From: Squalus acanthias
Lineage: Eukaryota
Assembly (NCBI GenBank): GCA_030390025.1
Contig: CM059431.1
Coordinates: forward strand, 97,280,001-97,344,000
Reading direction: 5' to 3'
Length of the DNA: 64,000 bases
Shown: in pieces, positions 12,907-25,643 of the stretch
How positions within the stretch are numbered: position 1 is the first letter of the stretch
Layout of the letters: every line of letters starts with the position of its first letter
Program-made: the position numbers and the translations under genes
Notes under the pieces: generated by a model
Seen by the model: only the letters and a program-made list of their open reading frames with translations
Told to the model about the DNA's origin: nothing
The model's database searches: none

Positions 12907-15900
12907 GGGTCACTTCACCCGGACATCGGGCACTGAGGACCAAAGGGTCACTTCACCCAGACATCGGGCACTGAGGACCAAAGGGTCACTTCACTCGGAC
13001 ATCGGGTACTGAGGACAAAAGGGTCACTTCACCCGGACATCGGGCACTGAGGACCAAAGGGTCACTTCACTCGGATATCAGGCACTGAGGGCCAAAGGGT
13101 CACTTCACTCGGACATCGGGCACTGAGGATCAAAGGGTCACTTCACCCGGACATCGGGCACTGAGGACAAAAGGGTCACTTCACCCGGACATCGGGCACT
13201 GAGGACCAAAGGGTCACTTCACTCGGATATCAGGCACTGAGGGCCAAACGGTCACTTCACTCGGACATCGGGCACTGAGGATCAAAGGGTCACTTCACCC
13301 GAACATCGGGCACTGAGAATCAAAGGGTCACTTCACTCGGACATCAGGCACTGAGGACCAAAGAGTCACTTCACTCGGACATCGGTCACTGAAGACCAAA
13401 GGGTCACTTCACCCGGACATCGGGCACTGAGGACCAAAGGGTCACTTCACTCAGACATCGGGCAATGAGGACCAAAGGGTCACTTCACTTGGACATCAGG
13501 CACTGAGGACCAAAGAGTCACTTCACTCGGACATCGGGCACTGAGGACCAAAGGGTCACTTCACTCGGACATCAGGCACTGAGGACCAAAGATTCACTTC
13601 ACTCGGACATCGGGCACTGAGGATCAAAGGGTCACTTCACTCGGACATCAGGCACTGAGGAACCAAAGGGTCACTTCACTCGGCATCAGGCACTGAGGAC
13701 CAAAGGGTCACTTCACTCGGACATCGGGGACTGAGGACCAAAGGGTCACTTCACTCGGACATCAGGCACTGAGGACCAAAGGGTCACTTCACTCGGACAT
13801 CGGGCACTGAGGAAAAAAGAGTCACTTCACTCGGACATCGGGCACTGAGGACCAAAGGGTCATTTCACTCAGACATCAGGCACTGAGGACCAAAGGGTCA
13901 CTTCACTCGGACATCAGGCACTGAGGACCAAAGAGTCACTTCACTCGGACAACCCGCAGTGAGGACCAAAGAGTCACTTCACTCGGACACCGGGCACCGA
14001 GGAACAAAGGGTCACTTCACTTGGACATCGGGCACTGAGGACTAAAGGGTCACTTCACTCGGACATCGGGCACTGAGGACCAAAGAGTCACTTCACTCGG
14101 ACACCCTGTACTGAGGACTAAAGGGTCACTTCACTCGGACATCGGGCACTGAGGACCAAAGGGTCACTTCACTCGGACATCAGGCACTGAGGACCAAAGA
14201 GTCACTTCACTCGGACATCGGGCCCTGAGGACCAAAGGGTCACTTCACTCGGACACCAGGCACTGAGGACCAAAGAGTCACTTCACTCGGACACCCCGCA
14301 CTGAGGACCAAAGGGTCACTTCACTCGGACATTGGGCACTGAGGACCAAAGGGTCACTTCACTCGGACATCGGGCACTGAGGACCAAAGGGTCACTTCAC
14401 TCGGACACCAGGCACTGAGGACCAAAGAGTCACTTCACTCAGACATCAGGCACTGAGGACCAAAGGGTCACTTCACTCGGACATCAGGCACTGAGGACTA
14501 AAGGGTCACTTCACTCGGCATCAGGCACTGAGGACCAAAGGGTCACTTCACTCGGACACAAGGCACTGAAGACCAAAGGGTCACTTCACTCGGACATCGG
14601 GCACTGAGGACCAAAGAGTCACTTCACTCGGACATCGGGCACTGAGGACCAAAGAGTCACTTCACTCGGACACCGGGCACTGAGGAACAAAGGGTCACTT
14701 CACTCGGACATCGGGCACTGAGGATCAAAGAGTCACTTCACTTGGACATCGGGCACTGAGGACCAAAGGGTCACTTCACTCGGACATCGGGCACTGAGGA
14801 CCAAAGGGTCACTTCACTCGGACATCGGGCACTGAGGACCAAAGAGTCACTTCACTCTGACACCCCGCACTGAGGACCAAAGGGTTACTTCACTCGGACA
14901 TCGGGCACTGAGGACCAAAGGGTCACTTCACTTGGACATCAGGCATTGAGGACCAAAGGGTCACTTCACTCGGACATCGGGCACTGAGGACCAAAGGGTC
15001 ACTTCACTCGGACATCAGGCACTGAGGACCAAAGGGTCACTTCACTCGGACATCGGGCACTGAGGACCAAAGAGTCACTTCACTCGGACATCGGGCACTG
15101 AGGATCAAAGGGTCACTTCACTCGGACATCAGGCACTGAGGACTAAAGGGTCACTTCACTCGGACACCGGGCACTGACGACCAAAGAGTCACTTCACTAG
15201 GACACCCCGCACTGAGGACCAAAGGGTCACTTTATTCGGACATTGGGCACTGAGGACCAAAGGGTCACTTCACTTGGACATCAGGCACTGAGGACTAAAG
15301 GGTCACTTCACTCGGCATCAGGCACTGAGGACCAAAGGGTCACTTCACTCGGACATTGGGCACTGAGGACCAAAGGGTCACTTCACTCGGACAACCCGCA
15401 CTGAGGACCAAAGGGTCACTTCACTTGGACATCAGGCACTGAGGACCAAAGGGTCACTTCACTCGGACATCGGGCACTGAGGATCAAAGGGTCACTTCAC
15501 TCGGACACCCCGCACTGAGGACCAAAGGGTCACATCACTCGGACATCGGGCACTGAGGACCAAAGGGTCACTTCACTCGGACATCAGGCACTGAGGACCA
15601 AAGAGTCACTTCATTCAGACATCGGGCACTGAGGACCAAAGAGTCACTTCACTCTGACACCCCGCACTGAGGACCAAAGGGTCACTTCACTCGGACATCG
15701 GGCACTGAGCATCAAAGATTCACCTCACTCGGACATCAGGCACTGAGGATCAAAGGGTCACTTCACTCGGACACCCCGCACTGAGGACCAAAGGGTCACT
15801 TCACTCGCACATCGGGCACTGAGGATCAAAGTCACTTCCCTCGGACATCGGGCACTGAGGACCAAAGGGTCACTTCACTCGGACATCGGGCACTGAGGAC

Positions 15901-18713
15901 CAAAGGGTCACTTCACTCGGACACCCCGCACTGAGGACCAAAGGGTCACTTCACTCGGACATTGGGCACTGAGGACTAAAGGGTTACTTCACTCGGACAC
16001 TGGGCACTGAGGACCAAAGATTCACTTCACTCGGACATCAGGCAATGAGGATCAAAGGGTCATTTAACTCGGACATCGGGCACTGAGGACCAAAGAGTCA
16101 CTTCACTCGGACATCGGGCACTGAGGATCAAAGAGCCACTTCACTCGGACATCGGGCACTGAGGATCAAAGGGTCACTTCACTCGGACACCAGGCACTGA
16201 GGATCAAAGGGTCACTTCACTCGGACACCCCGCACTGAGGACCAAAGGGTCACTTCACTCGGACATCAGGCACTGAGGACTAAAGGGTCACTTCACTCGG
16301 ACACCCCGCACTGAGGACCAAAGGGTCACTTCACTCGGACACCAGGCACTGAGGATCAAAGGGTCACTTCACTCGGACACCCCGCACTGAGGACCAAAGG
16401 GTCACTTCACTCGGACATCAGGCACTGAGGACTAAAGGTTCACTTCACTCGGACACCCCGCACTGAGGACCAAAAGGTCACTTCACTCGGACACAAGGCA
16501 ATGAAGACCAAAGGGTCACTTCACTCGGACATTGGGCACTGAGGACAAAGGGTCACTTCACTCGGACATCGGGCACTGAGGACCAAAGGGTCACTTCACT
16601 CGGACAACCCGCACTGAGGACCAAAGGGTCACTTCACTTGGACATCAGGCACTGAGGACCAAAGGGTCACTTCACTCGGACATCGGGCACTGAGGACCAA
16701 AGGGTCACTTCACTCGGACACCAGGCACCGAGGACCAAAGAGTCACTTCACTCGGACACCGGGCACTGAGGACCAAAGGGTCACTTCACTCGGACAACCC
16801 GCACTGAGGACCAAAGGGTCACTTCACTTGGACATCAGGCACTGAGGACCAAAGGGTCACTTCACTCGGACACTGGGCACTGAGGACCAAAGATTCACTT
16901 CACTCGGACATCGGGCACTGAGGACCAAAGGGTCACTTCACTCGGACATCAGGCACTGAGGACCAAATGGTCACTTCACTCGGACATCAGGCACTGAGGA
17001 CCAAAGGGTCACTTCACTCGGACATCAGGCACTGAGGACCAAAGGGTCACTTCACTCGGACATCGGGCACTGAGGATCAAAGAGTCACTTCACTCAGACA
17101 CCAGGCACTGAGGACCAAAGGGTCACTTCACTCAGACACCAGGCACTGAGGACCAAAGGTTCACTTCACTCGGACACCAGGCACTGAGGACCAAAGGGTC
17201 ACTTCACTCGGACATCAGGCACTGTGGACCAAAGAGTCACTTCACTCGGACACCAGGCACTGAGGACCAAAGGGTCACTTCACTCAGACACCAGGCACTG
17301 AGGACCAAAGGTTCACTTCACTCGGACACCAGGCACTGAGGACCAAAGGGTCACTTCACTCGGACATCAGGCACTGTGGACCAAAGAGTCACTTCACTCG
17401 GACACCAGGCACTGAGGACCAAAGGGTCACTTCACTCGGACATCGGGCACTGAGGACCAAAGAGTCACTTCACTTGGACATCGGGCACTGAGGACCAAAG
17501 AGTCACTTCACTGGGACATTTGGCACTGAGGATCAAAGAGTCACTTCACTCAGACACCAGGCACTGAGGATCAAAGAGTCACTTCACTCAGACACCAGGC
17601 ACTGAGGACCAAAGGTTCACTTCACTCGGACACCAGGCACTGAGGACCAAAGGGTCACTTCACTCGGACATCAGGCACTGTGGACCAAAGAGTCACTTCA
17701 CTCGGACACCAGGCACTGAGGACCAAAGGGTCACTTCACTCGGACATCGGGCACTGAGGACCAAAGAGTCACTTCACTTGGACATCGGGCACTGAGGACC
17801 AAAGAGTCACTTCACTCGGACATTTGGCACTGAGGATCAAAGAGTCACTTCACTCAGACACCAGGCACTGAGGACCAAAGGGTCACTTCACTCAGACACC
17901 AGGCACTGAGGACCAAAGGTTCACTTCACTCGGACACCAGGCACTGAGGACCAAAGGGTCACTTCACTCGGACACCAGGCACTGAGGACCAAAGGGTCAC
18001 TTCACTCGGACATCAGGCACTGTGGACCAAAGAGTCACTTCACTCGGACACCAGGCACTGAGGACCAAAGGGTCACTTCACTCGGACATCGGGCACTGAG
18101 GACCAAAGAGTCACTTCACTTGTTCATCGGGCACTGAGGACCAAAGAGTCACTTCACTCGGACATTTGGCACTGAGGATCAAAGAGTCACTTCACTCAGA
18201 CACCAGGCACTGAGGACCAAAGGGTCACTTCACTCAGACACCAGGCACTGAGGACCAAAGGTTCACTTCACTCGGACACCAGGCACTGAGGACCAAAGGG
18301 TCACTTCACTCGGACATCAGGCACTGTGGACCAAAGGGTCACTTCACTCGGACATCAGGCACTGAGGACCAAAGGGTCACTTCACTCGGACATCAGGCAC
18401 TGAGGACCAAAGGGTCACTTCACTTGAACACCAGGCACTGAGGACCAAAGGGTCACTTCACTCGGACACCGGGCACTGAGGACAAAAGGGTCACTTCACT
18501 CGGACACCCCGCACTGAGGACCAAAGGGTCAGTTCACCCGGACACTGAGAACAAAAGGGTCTCTTCACTCGGACACCCTGCACTGAGGGTCAAAGGGTTA
18601 CTTCACTGGAATACGGGCACTGAGGGTCAAAGGGTCACTTCAGTGGGACACGAGCACAGAGGACAAAAGGGTCACTTCACTTGGATACGGGCACTGAGGG
18701 TCAAAGGGTCACT
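12907..18713. repeat. 38-bp tandem array GGGTCACTTCACTCGGACATCGGGCACTGAGGACCAAA, about 150 copies
   Basis: Units start at 12907, 12945 and so on; the array degenerates at its right edge. Confidence 0.98.
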
Positions 18714-18821
18714 CGAGTCTCTCCTCTCACAATCGCATGTCAGAAAGTTGTGGGCAGCGAAGCCTGTGATTTTCCAACATGCATTGGCGAGGGATGAGGT
18801 GCACCCTCAGAAAACATCCTC

Positions 18822-19566
18822 CACTCTCGCCCCTGAGTTAGAAGGTCGTAGTTTCGAGCCGCACTCCAGAGACTTGAACCCCATAATCTAGGCTGACTCA
18901 CCAGTGCAGTACTGTCAGAGGGGCAATACTGAGGAACGCTGCACTATCAGAGGGGCAATACTGAGGGAGCACTACATTGTCAGAAGGTCAGTACTGAGGG
19001 AGCGCTGCACTGTCGGAGGGGCAGTACAGAGGGAGCCCTGCACTGTCGGAGTGGCAGTACTGAGGGAGCGCCGCACTGTTGGACGGGCAGTACTGAGGGA
19101 GCGCTGCACTGTCGGAGGGGCAGTACTGAGGGAGCGCTGCACTGTCGGAGTGGCAGTACTGAGGGAGTGCCGCACTGTCGGAGTGGCAGTACTGAGGGAG
19201 CGCTGCACTGTCGGAGAGGCAGTACTGAGGGAGCGCTGCCCTGTCTGAGGTGCCATTTTTCAGATGCGATGTTAAACTGAGGCCCCTTCTGCACTCTCAG
19301 GTGGACGTAAAAGATCCCGTGGCCACTTTTCAAAGAAAAGCAAGGGAGTTCTCCCGCTGTCCTGGCCAGTGTCACTTAAATACAGGTTATCTGGTCATTA
19401 TCACGTCGCTATTTGTGGGATTTTGCTGTGCGAAAATTACCTGCCGTGTTTTCTACATTACAACAGTGACTACACTTCAAAAGTACTTCATTGGTTGTAA
19501 AGAGTTTTGGGACGTCCTGAGGTTGTGAATTGTGAATATAGAAATGCAAATCTTTCTCTTCTTTCT
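18822..19566 (+). mobile_element. Deu-domain tRNA-derived SINE (SacSINE1-like), 5'-truncated, with an internal 33-bp expansion
   Basis: Colinear with the minus-strand SINE at 61135-61598 (GTTAAAC.GAGG, AAAAGATCC, TACATTACAACAGTGACTAC, TCTTTCT tail). Confidence 0.85.
18922..19251. repeat. 33-bp minisatellite (GCAGTACTGAGGGAGCGCTGCACTGTCGGAGGG), about 10 copies, inside the SINE
   Basis: Units at 18922, 18955, 18988, 19021 ... 19219. Confidence 0.95.
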
Positions 19567-19627
19567 AAGAGGCAGATTTTAGGAATTAATGTTTCTGGAA
19601 CAACCCAAGGAATTACTGGCCAGTGAG

Positions 19628-19960
19628 CTGGTACCCCCACACCTGGAGCCCTGGGTACAATTCTGGGCCCTGGTACCCCCACACCTGGAGACCTGGGTAC
19701 AATTCTGGGCCCTGGTACCCCCACACCTGGAGCCCTGGGTACTATTCTGGGCCCTGGTACCCCCACACCTGGAGCCCTGGGTACTATTCTGGGCCCTGGT
19801 ACCCCCACACCTGGAGACCTGGGTACAATTCTGGGCCCTGGTACCCCCACACCTGGAGACCTGGGTACAATTCTGGGCCCTGTACCCCCACACCTGGAGA
19901 CCTGGGTACAATTCTGGGCTCTGGTACCCCCACACCTGGAGCACTGGGTACCATTCTGGG
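19628..19960. repeat. 42-bp minisatellite, about 8 copies, derived from CR1 ORF2 sequence
   Basis: Unit CTGGTACCCCCACACCTGGAG(C/A)CCTGGGTACAATTCTGGGCC translates as LVPPHLEPWVQFWA, against CR1 LVRPHLEYCVQFW. Confidence 0.92.
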
Positions 19961-20215
19961 CACCGTACTACAGCAAGGTTATACTGGCACTGGAGGCAGT
20001 GCAGAAAAGGGCAACAAACTGATACTGAGCTTAAGGAATCTGAGCTGTGAGGAGAGGGTGAAGATCCTGGGATTGTTTACTCTGGAGAAGAGAAGGATCA
20101 GGGGAGAGATTATTGATGGGTTTAAGAGAGTGTGGGAATATTTAAGGAAGAATTTGATGGCTATTGAAGGGAGTGGGGGACTGAGAAGGTTTATGCTTTG
20201 GGATTGGCCTGATGG
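19960..20215 (+). mobile_element. Old, diverged CR1 ORF2 C-terminal fragment
   Basis: Translates APYYSKVILALEAVQKRAT..LRNLSCEERVKILGLFTLEKRRIRGEII, with a frameshift. Confidence 0.8.
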
Positions 20216-20228
20216 ACTGTACTGGGGG

Positions 20229-20335
20229 GAATTCCCTGTGGCCTTTCCTGCTCCGCTGCCTAATTTCGCTAGTCGTGGGACTTCCGACAAAATAACGGCG
20301 AGGGAGCGGGAGCGGCCCCGAGGAATTTCCAGGCC
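20229..20335. mobile_element. Small imperfect inverted-repeat element (MITE-like)
   Basis: Arms GAATTCCCTGTGGCCTTTCCTGCTCC and GGAGCGGGAGCGGCCCCGAGGAATT; ends AATTTCCAGGCC like the other Harbinger-type termini. Confidence 0.45.
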
Positions 20336-20992
20336 TTGTGCTTTGTTCCTAGTTGAGGTAGGAAGGTGCAGTGGACTTGTCCCTCGTGTCTTGTGCTTGT
20401 CTGAAAGCAGAATGAGTTAAGGTAAACCCTGTCATTGATCACCCGCAATAATAAATGCACGAAGCTCGGAGCCCAGCATTATTCATCTGCGGGAATTGGG
20501 TTCCGCTCAATCTCCAATTGAAGTGCACTTTATTTTTGAACACTTTGTTCTGTAAATCACCAATCCTTTGAACTGCAGCTTATAAAGGTGCTGCTGAATT
20601 AATAACTCATTTTACCAGGTGTGTAGCAAATGAAGGCAACGACCAGCCGGAGACTTGGGACTGCTGCTATATTCTTCAGCCCGAGATTAAAAGCTCCAAG
20701 TCATTCTCATCGCTTTGAATTCTGTATCGTAGCGCAATACTAGAAGTCAAAACCTTTCGAGACGTGAATCGGCTGGGTTACTGAACATGGGAAAGAGTTT
20801 CTCCTGCTTTTTACGAGCTGGTGAGAGGTAAACGTTGGGAGGCTGTCCCCTCGGTGCGCTGGCTCAAGCAAAACCCGAAAGGATTCACAGAGGAAACTTT
20901 CTCACTATGGTCCCGAAATTCCTGGGCCGAGAGAGGACACAAATCAGGATTTTCACCTTTCCCGGGGTCAGGAATTTCTGATGCAACAATGT

Positions 20993-21495
20993 ACATAGAA
21001 TTACACAAAGCTTACAGCACAGAAACAGGCCATTCGGCCCAACTGGTCCCTGCCGGTGTTTCTGCTCCACATGAGCCTCCTCCCACCCCTCTTCATCTCA
21101 CCCCATCAGCATAACCTTCTATTCCTTTCTCCCTCATGTGTTTATCCAGCTTCCCCTTAAATGTATCTCTGTTATTCACCTCAACCACTCCCTGTGGGAC
21201 CGAGTTCCACATTCTCACCACTCTCTGGGTAAAGAAGTTTCTCCTGAATTCCCTATTGGATTTATTAGTGACTATCTTATATTTATGGCCCCTAGTTCTG
21301 GCCTCCCCCACAAGTGGAAACGTCTTCTCTACGTCTACCCTATCGAACCCCTTTCTATATTTTAAAGACCTCTACCAGGTCACCCCTCAGCCTTCTCTCT
21401 TCTAAAGAAAAGAGCTCCAGCCTGTTCAGTCTTTCCTGATAGTTATAACCTCTCAGTTCTGGTATCATCCTTGTAAATCTGTTTTGCATTTCCCC
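20993..21495 (-). mobile_element. CR1 3' fragment
   Basis: ORFs RFTRMIPELRGYNYQERL..LRGDLVEVFK and RTRGHKYKI..FFTQRVVRMWN. Confidence 0.92.
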
Positions 21496-21779
21496 CATGT
21501 GTTTATTTCTTTTATTCCGCATTGCTAGTGGTTCGCAATTGTTTTTACAACTGAGTGTTTGCTCGGTCTGGATCTTCAGCAATGTTTTCTATTGTGTCCT
21601 GGCTTGCAATCTCTGGAGGAATAATCAGTCCTGTTAACTGTGGTCTGCTGGAGCAGCATTCGGTCTCGATCAGCTACCTTGTGGATCCTTTAAGAACAAA
21701 GTGGCACTTGGTGAAGAGATTGAAGGATGTGTGGAAACATGACAGCCGATATTAATGGGAAGACTGTGGGGACTGTGCT

Positions 21780-22330
21780 GGGGGAGTGGGGAAGGTGCTG
21801 GGGAACGGGAAGGGTGATGGGGAGCGGGGCGGGTGATGGGGAGCGGGGCGGGTGATGGGGAGCGGGGAGGGTGATGGGGAGCGGGGCGGGTGATGGGGAG
21901 CGGGGCGGGTGATGGGGAGCGGGGAGGGTGATGGGGAGCGGGGAGGGTGTTGGGGAGCGGGGAGGGTGTTGGGGAGCGGGGAGGGTGTTGGGGAGCGGGG
22001 AGGGTGTTGGGGAGCGGGGCGGGTGATGGGGAGCGGGGAGGGTGATGGGGAGCGGGACGGGTGATGGGGAGCGGGGAGGGTGTTGGGGAGCGGGGAGGGT
22101 GTTGGGGAGCGGGGCGGGTGTTGGGGAGCGGGGAGGGTGTTGGGGAGCGGGGAGGGTGTTGGGGAGCGGGGCGGGTGATGGGGAGCGGGGAGGGTGTTGG
22201 GGAGCGGGGAGGGTGTTGGGGAGCGGGGAGGGTGATGGGGAGCGGGGAGGGTGTTGGGGAGCGGGGAGGGTGTTGGGGAGCGGGGAGGTTGTTGGGGAGC
22301 GGGGAGGTTTTTGGGGAGCGGGGCGGGTGG
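21780..22330. repeat. G-rich 19-bp minisatellite GGGGAGCGGGG(A/C)GGGTG(A/T)T, about 28 copies
   Basis: Direct periodicity; three runs of 3 or more G per unit. Confidence 0.96.
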
Positions 22331-22606
22331 GGGGGGGGTGGGAGTCTGGGGGGTGGCGGGCTGGGGGTGGAGTCTGGGGATGGCAGATGGGGGTGTTGCT
22401 TTCCTGAAGGACATTCCTGAGGACATCTCAAGTAGATGATGCTAACAGATCTAAGTGGGCTGATAGAGAATTCATCTACCAATGAGACAGCAGTGTGTAG
22501 AACTGGCCTTTCCATAACCTCCAGGCCAACAGATTAGACAGCCTTGGCCTCTGGTGAATATCATTGAGACAGGCAGCTCTGGTACAGTCACTGTAAAAGG
22601 GGAGGC

Positions 22607-23625
22607 TTTTTTTTATTAGTTCCTGGGATGTGGGCGTCGCTGGCAAGGCCAGCATTTATTGCCCATTCCTAATTGCCCTTGAGAAGCTGGTTATTAGCCG
22701 CCTTCTTGAACCGCTGCAGTCCGTGTGGTGAAGGTGCTCCCAGAGTGCTGTTAGGGAGGGAGTTCTAGGATTTTGACCAAGCGACGATGAAGGAACGGCC
22801 GATATATTTCCAAGTCAGGATGGTGTGTGACTTGGAGGGGAGCTTGGAGGTGGTGGTGTTCCCACGCGCCTGCTGCCCTTGTCCTTCTAGATGGTAGAAG
22901 TCGCGGGTTTGGGAGGTGCTGCCGAAGAAGTCTTGGCGAGTTGCTGCAGTGCATCTTGTAGATGGTACACACTGCAGCCATGGTGCGCCGGTGGTGCATG
23001 GAGTGAATGTTTAAGGTGGTGGATGGGGTGCCAATCAAGCAGGCGGCTTTGTCCTGGATGGTGTCGCGCTTCTTGAGTGCTGTTGGAGCTGCACTCATCC
23101 AGGCAAGTGGAGAGTATTCCATCACACTCCTGACTTGTGCCTTATAGATGGTGGAAAGGCTTTAGAGAGTCAGGAGCTGAGACGCTCGCCGCAGAATACC
23201 CAGCCTTTGACCTGCTCTTGTTGCCACAGTATTTATGTGGCTGGTCCAGTTAAGTTTCTGGTCAATGGTGACCCTCAGGATGTTGATGCTGGGGGATTCG
23301 GTGATGGCAATTCCGTTGAATGTCAAGGGGCAGTGGTTGGACTCTCGCTTGTTGGAGATAGTCATTGCCTGGCACTTGTGTGGCACTCCTGTTACTTGCC
23401 ACTTATCAGCCCAACCCTGAATGTCGTCCAGGTCTTGTTGCATGCAGGCATGGACTGCTCCATTATCTGGGGAGTTGCGAATGGAACTAAACACTGTGCA
23501 GTCATCAACGAACATCCCCACTTCTAACCTTATGATGGAGGGAAGGTCATTGATGAAGCAGCTGAAGATAGTTTGGCCTAGGACACTGTCCTGAGGAACT
23601 CCTGCAGCGATGTCCTGGGGCTGAG
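22607..23625 (-). mobile_element. Second non-LTR family ('family B', CR1-group RT, clade not assigned), 3' portion with A-rich tail
   Basis: ORFs GMFVDDCTVF..WADKWQV..HKCQAM and MEYSPLAW..YKMHCSNSP; T-run at 22607-22614. Confidence 0.9.
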
Positions 23626-24574
23626 ATGTTACAGGTCACTGACACGGCGATTGTGTACTTTCACCACTTCAAATATTAAGGACTTTAAAAAAAAATGAAA
23701 CTGAAATGGAATGAAAGGGTCAATTTCCCAATTGCACGTTCCCAGCCCGGAGCCTCACCCCTCAGAATCTGCGCCATACACTGTCCCTAACAGTGCTCCA
23801 CCGTGGGCGAGTGCTCAGGGAAAAATTACCCCCTAGTGCTTTGGATTAAAATAAAACTCTCCTACCTGCTAGGAATTGCTCTTTTAGATTTCTCTGTCTG
23901 GTGACAGAATTCACACATTTAGCTCATTCTTGTGATGCATTATCGTACCTCAGCCAGAAAGACCAGGTTTGACACTTCCATGTAAATGGTGAATTGCACT
24001 GTTTTGCAAACAACTCTGAGTGTCACATCATTCATCTGACAGACAAAGAGGACCACATGCTATCTACTGCAATCTTTATATATTTTGTCTACTATTTCCT
24101 ATAATGTTCAGTGATGCAGAAGCAATGTTGACGTACAGGATCTCTCATCACTGTGCACAGAGAAGATAATCGATGCTGCTGAAATCTTCATCTAATGCAG
24201 AAGGGAAGCATTTTTTTCCTTCTGTACGAATTTCAACAATCTCCTTCTTTCTGTATTAAATATTAAAACAGAGAAAACACCTTTCTTGGTGCATTGTATT
24301 CTGTCATTATATTAAAATAAGCTAAAAATCTGAAACAAGAATAGAAAATGCTGAAAATCCACAGGACTTGCGGACAGATGAGTTAACTTTTGCTGTGTAA
24401 ACATTTTCTCTTTTTGTTTCAGTTCAATGCTACCTTTTGCCTCTGATGAATTTTCTTTACCTTTATTAAGACTGTTTTCTTTGAATAAAGCTTTCATTTG
24501 TTTTTGGGCTCAACAACCCTAATTTCACAGTCCACAGGCTCTATATCCGACTCTAATTCCACAACCCACCATTG

Positions 24575-24666
24575 TTAAGCAACGCCTCGATTTTAAAATT
24601 CTTAGCCTTGATTTCAATTCCATTCATGGCCTCGCCCCTCCCTATCTCTGTAACCTCCTCCAGCCC
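24575..24666 (+). mobile_element. L2 LINE fragment, left part, interrupted by family B
   Basis: AAGCAACGCCTCGATTTTAAAATTCT..CATGGCCTCGCCCCTCCCTATCTCTGTAACCTCCTCCAG, matching the reverse complement of 55590-55680. Confidence 0.75.
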
Positions 24667-25643
24667 CCCAACCATCTTCAGCTGCTTCATCAATGACCTT
24701 CCCTCCAACATAAGGTCAGAAATGGGGATGTTCGCTGATGACTGCACAGTGTTCAGTGCCATTCACAACTCCTCAGATAATGAAACAGTCCATGCCCACA
24801 TGCAGCAAGACCTGGATGACATTCAGGCTTGGGCTGATAAATGGCAGGTAACATTTGTGCCACACAAGTGCCAGGCAATGACTATCTCCAACAAGCGAGA
24901 GTCTAACCACCACCCCTTGACATTCAATGGCATTACCATCACCGAATCCCCCACCATCAACATCCTGGGGGGTCACCATTGACCAGAAACTTAACTGGAT
25001 CAGCCACATAAATACTGTGGCAACAAGAGCAGGTCAGAGGCTAGGTATTCTGCGGTGAGTGTCTCATCTCCTGACTCCCCAAAGCCTTTCCACCATCTAC
25101 AAGGCACAAGTAAGGAGTGTGATGGAATACTTTCCACTTGCCTGGATGAGTGCAGCTCCAACAACACTCATGAAGTTCGACACCATCCAGGACAAAGCAG
25201 CCCGCTTGATTGGCACACCATCCACCACCTTAAACATTCACTCCCTCCACCACCGGCGTACTGTGGCTGCAGTGTGTACCATCTACAAGATGCACTGCAG
25301 CAACTCGCCAAGGCATCTTCGGCAGCACCTCCCAAACCCGCGACCTCTTCCACCTTCCACCTAGAAGGACAAGGGCAGCAGACGCATGGGAACACCACCA
25401 CCTCCACTTTCCCCTCCATGTCACACACCATCCTGACTTGGAAATATATCGCTGATCCTTCATCGTCACTGGGTCAAAATCCTGGAAATCCGTACCTAAC
25501 AGCACTGTGGGAGTACCTTCCCCTCACGGACTGCAGCGGTTCAAGAAGGCGGCTCACCACCACCTTCTCAAGGGCAATTAGGGATGGGCAATAAAGGCTG
25601 GCCTTGCCAGCGACGCCCACATCCCGTGAATTAATTAAAAAAA
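24667..25643 (+). mobile_element. Family B non-LTR element, 3' portion, nested in L2
   Basis: PTIFSCFINDLPS..GMFADDCTVF..; ends GACGCCCACATCCCGTGAATTAATTAAAAAAAA. Confidence 0.9.

Noticed and set aside
12907..18713. CRISPR-like array or tandem hammerheads (CTGAGGA in each unit)
   Set aside because: No unique spacers and no cas genes; no GAAA follows the hairpin, so the hammerhead core is incomplete
21670..22515. Proline-rich extensin-like ORFs
   Set aside because: Translation of the G-rich 19-bp repeat
23716..23833. Further small MITE-like inverted ends (also near 25975 and 48670-48715)
   Set aside because: Too degenerate to define boundaries or TSDs
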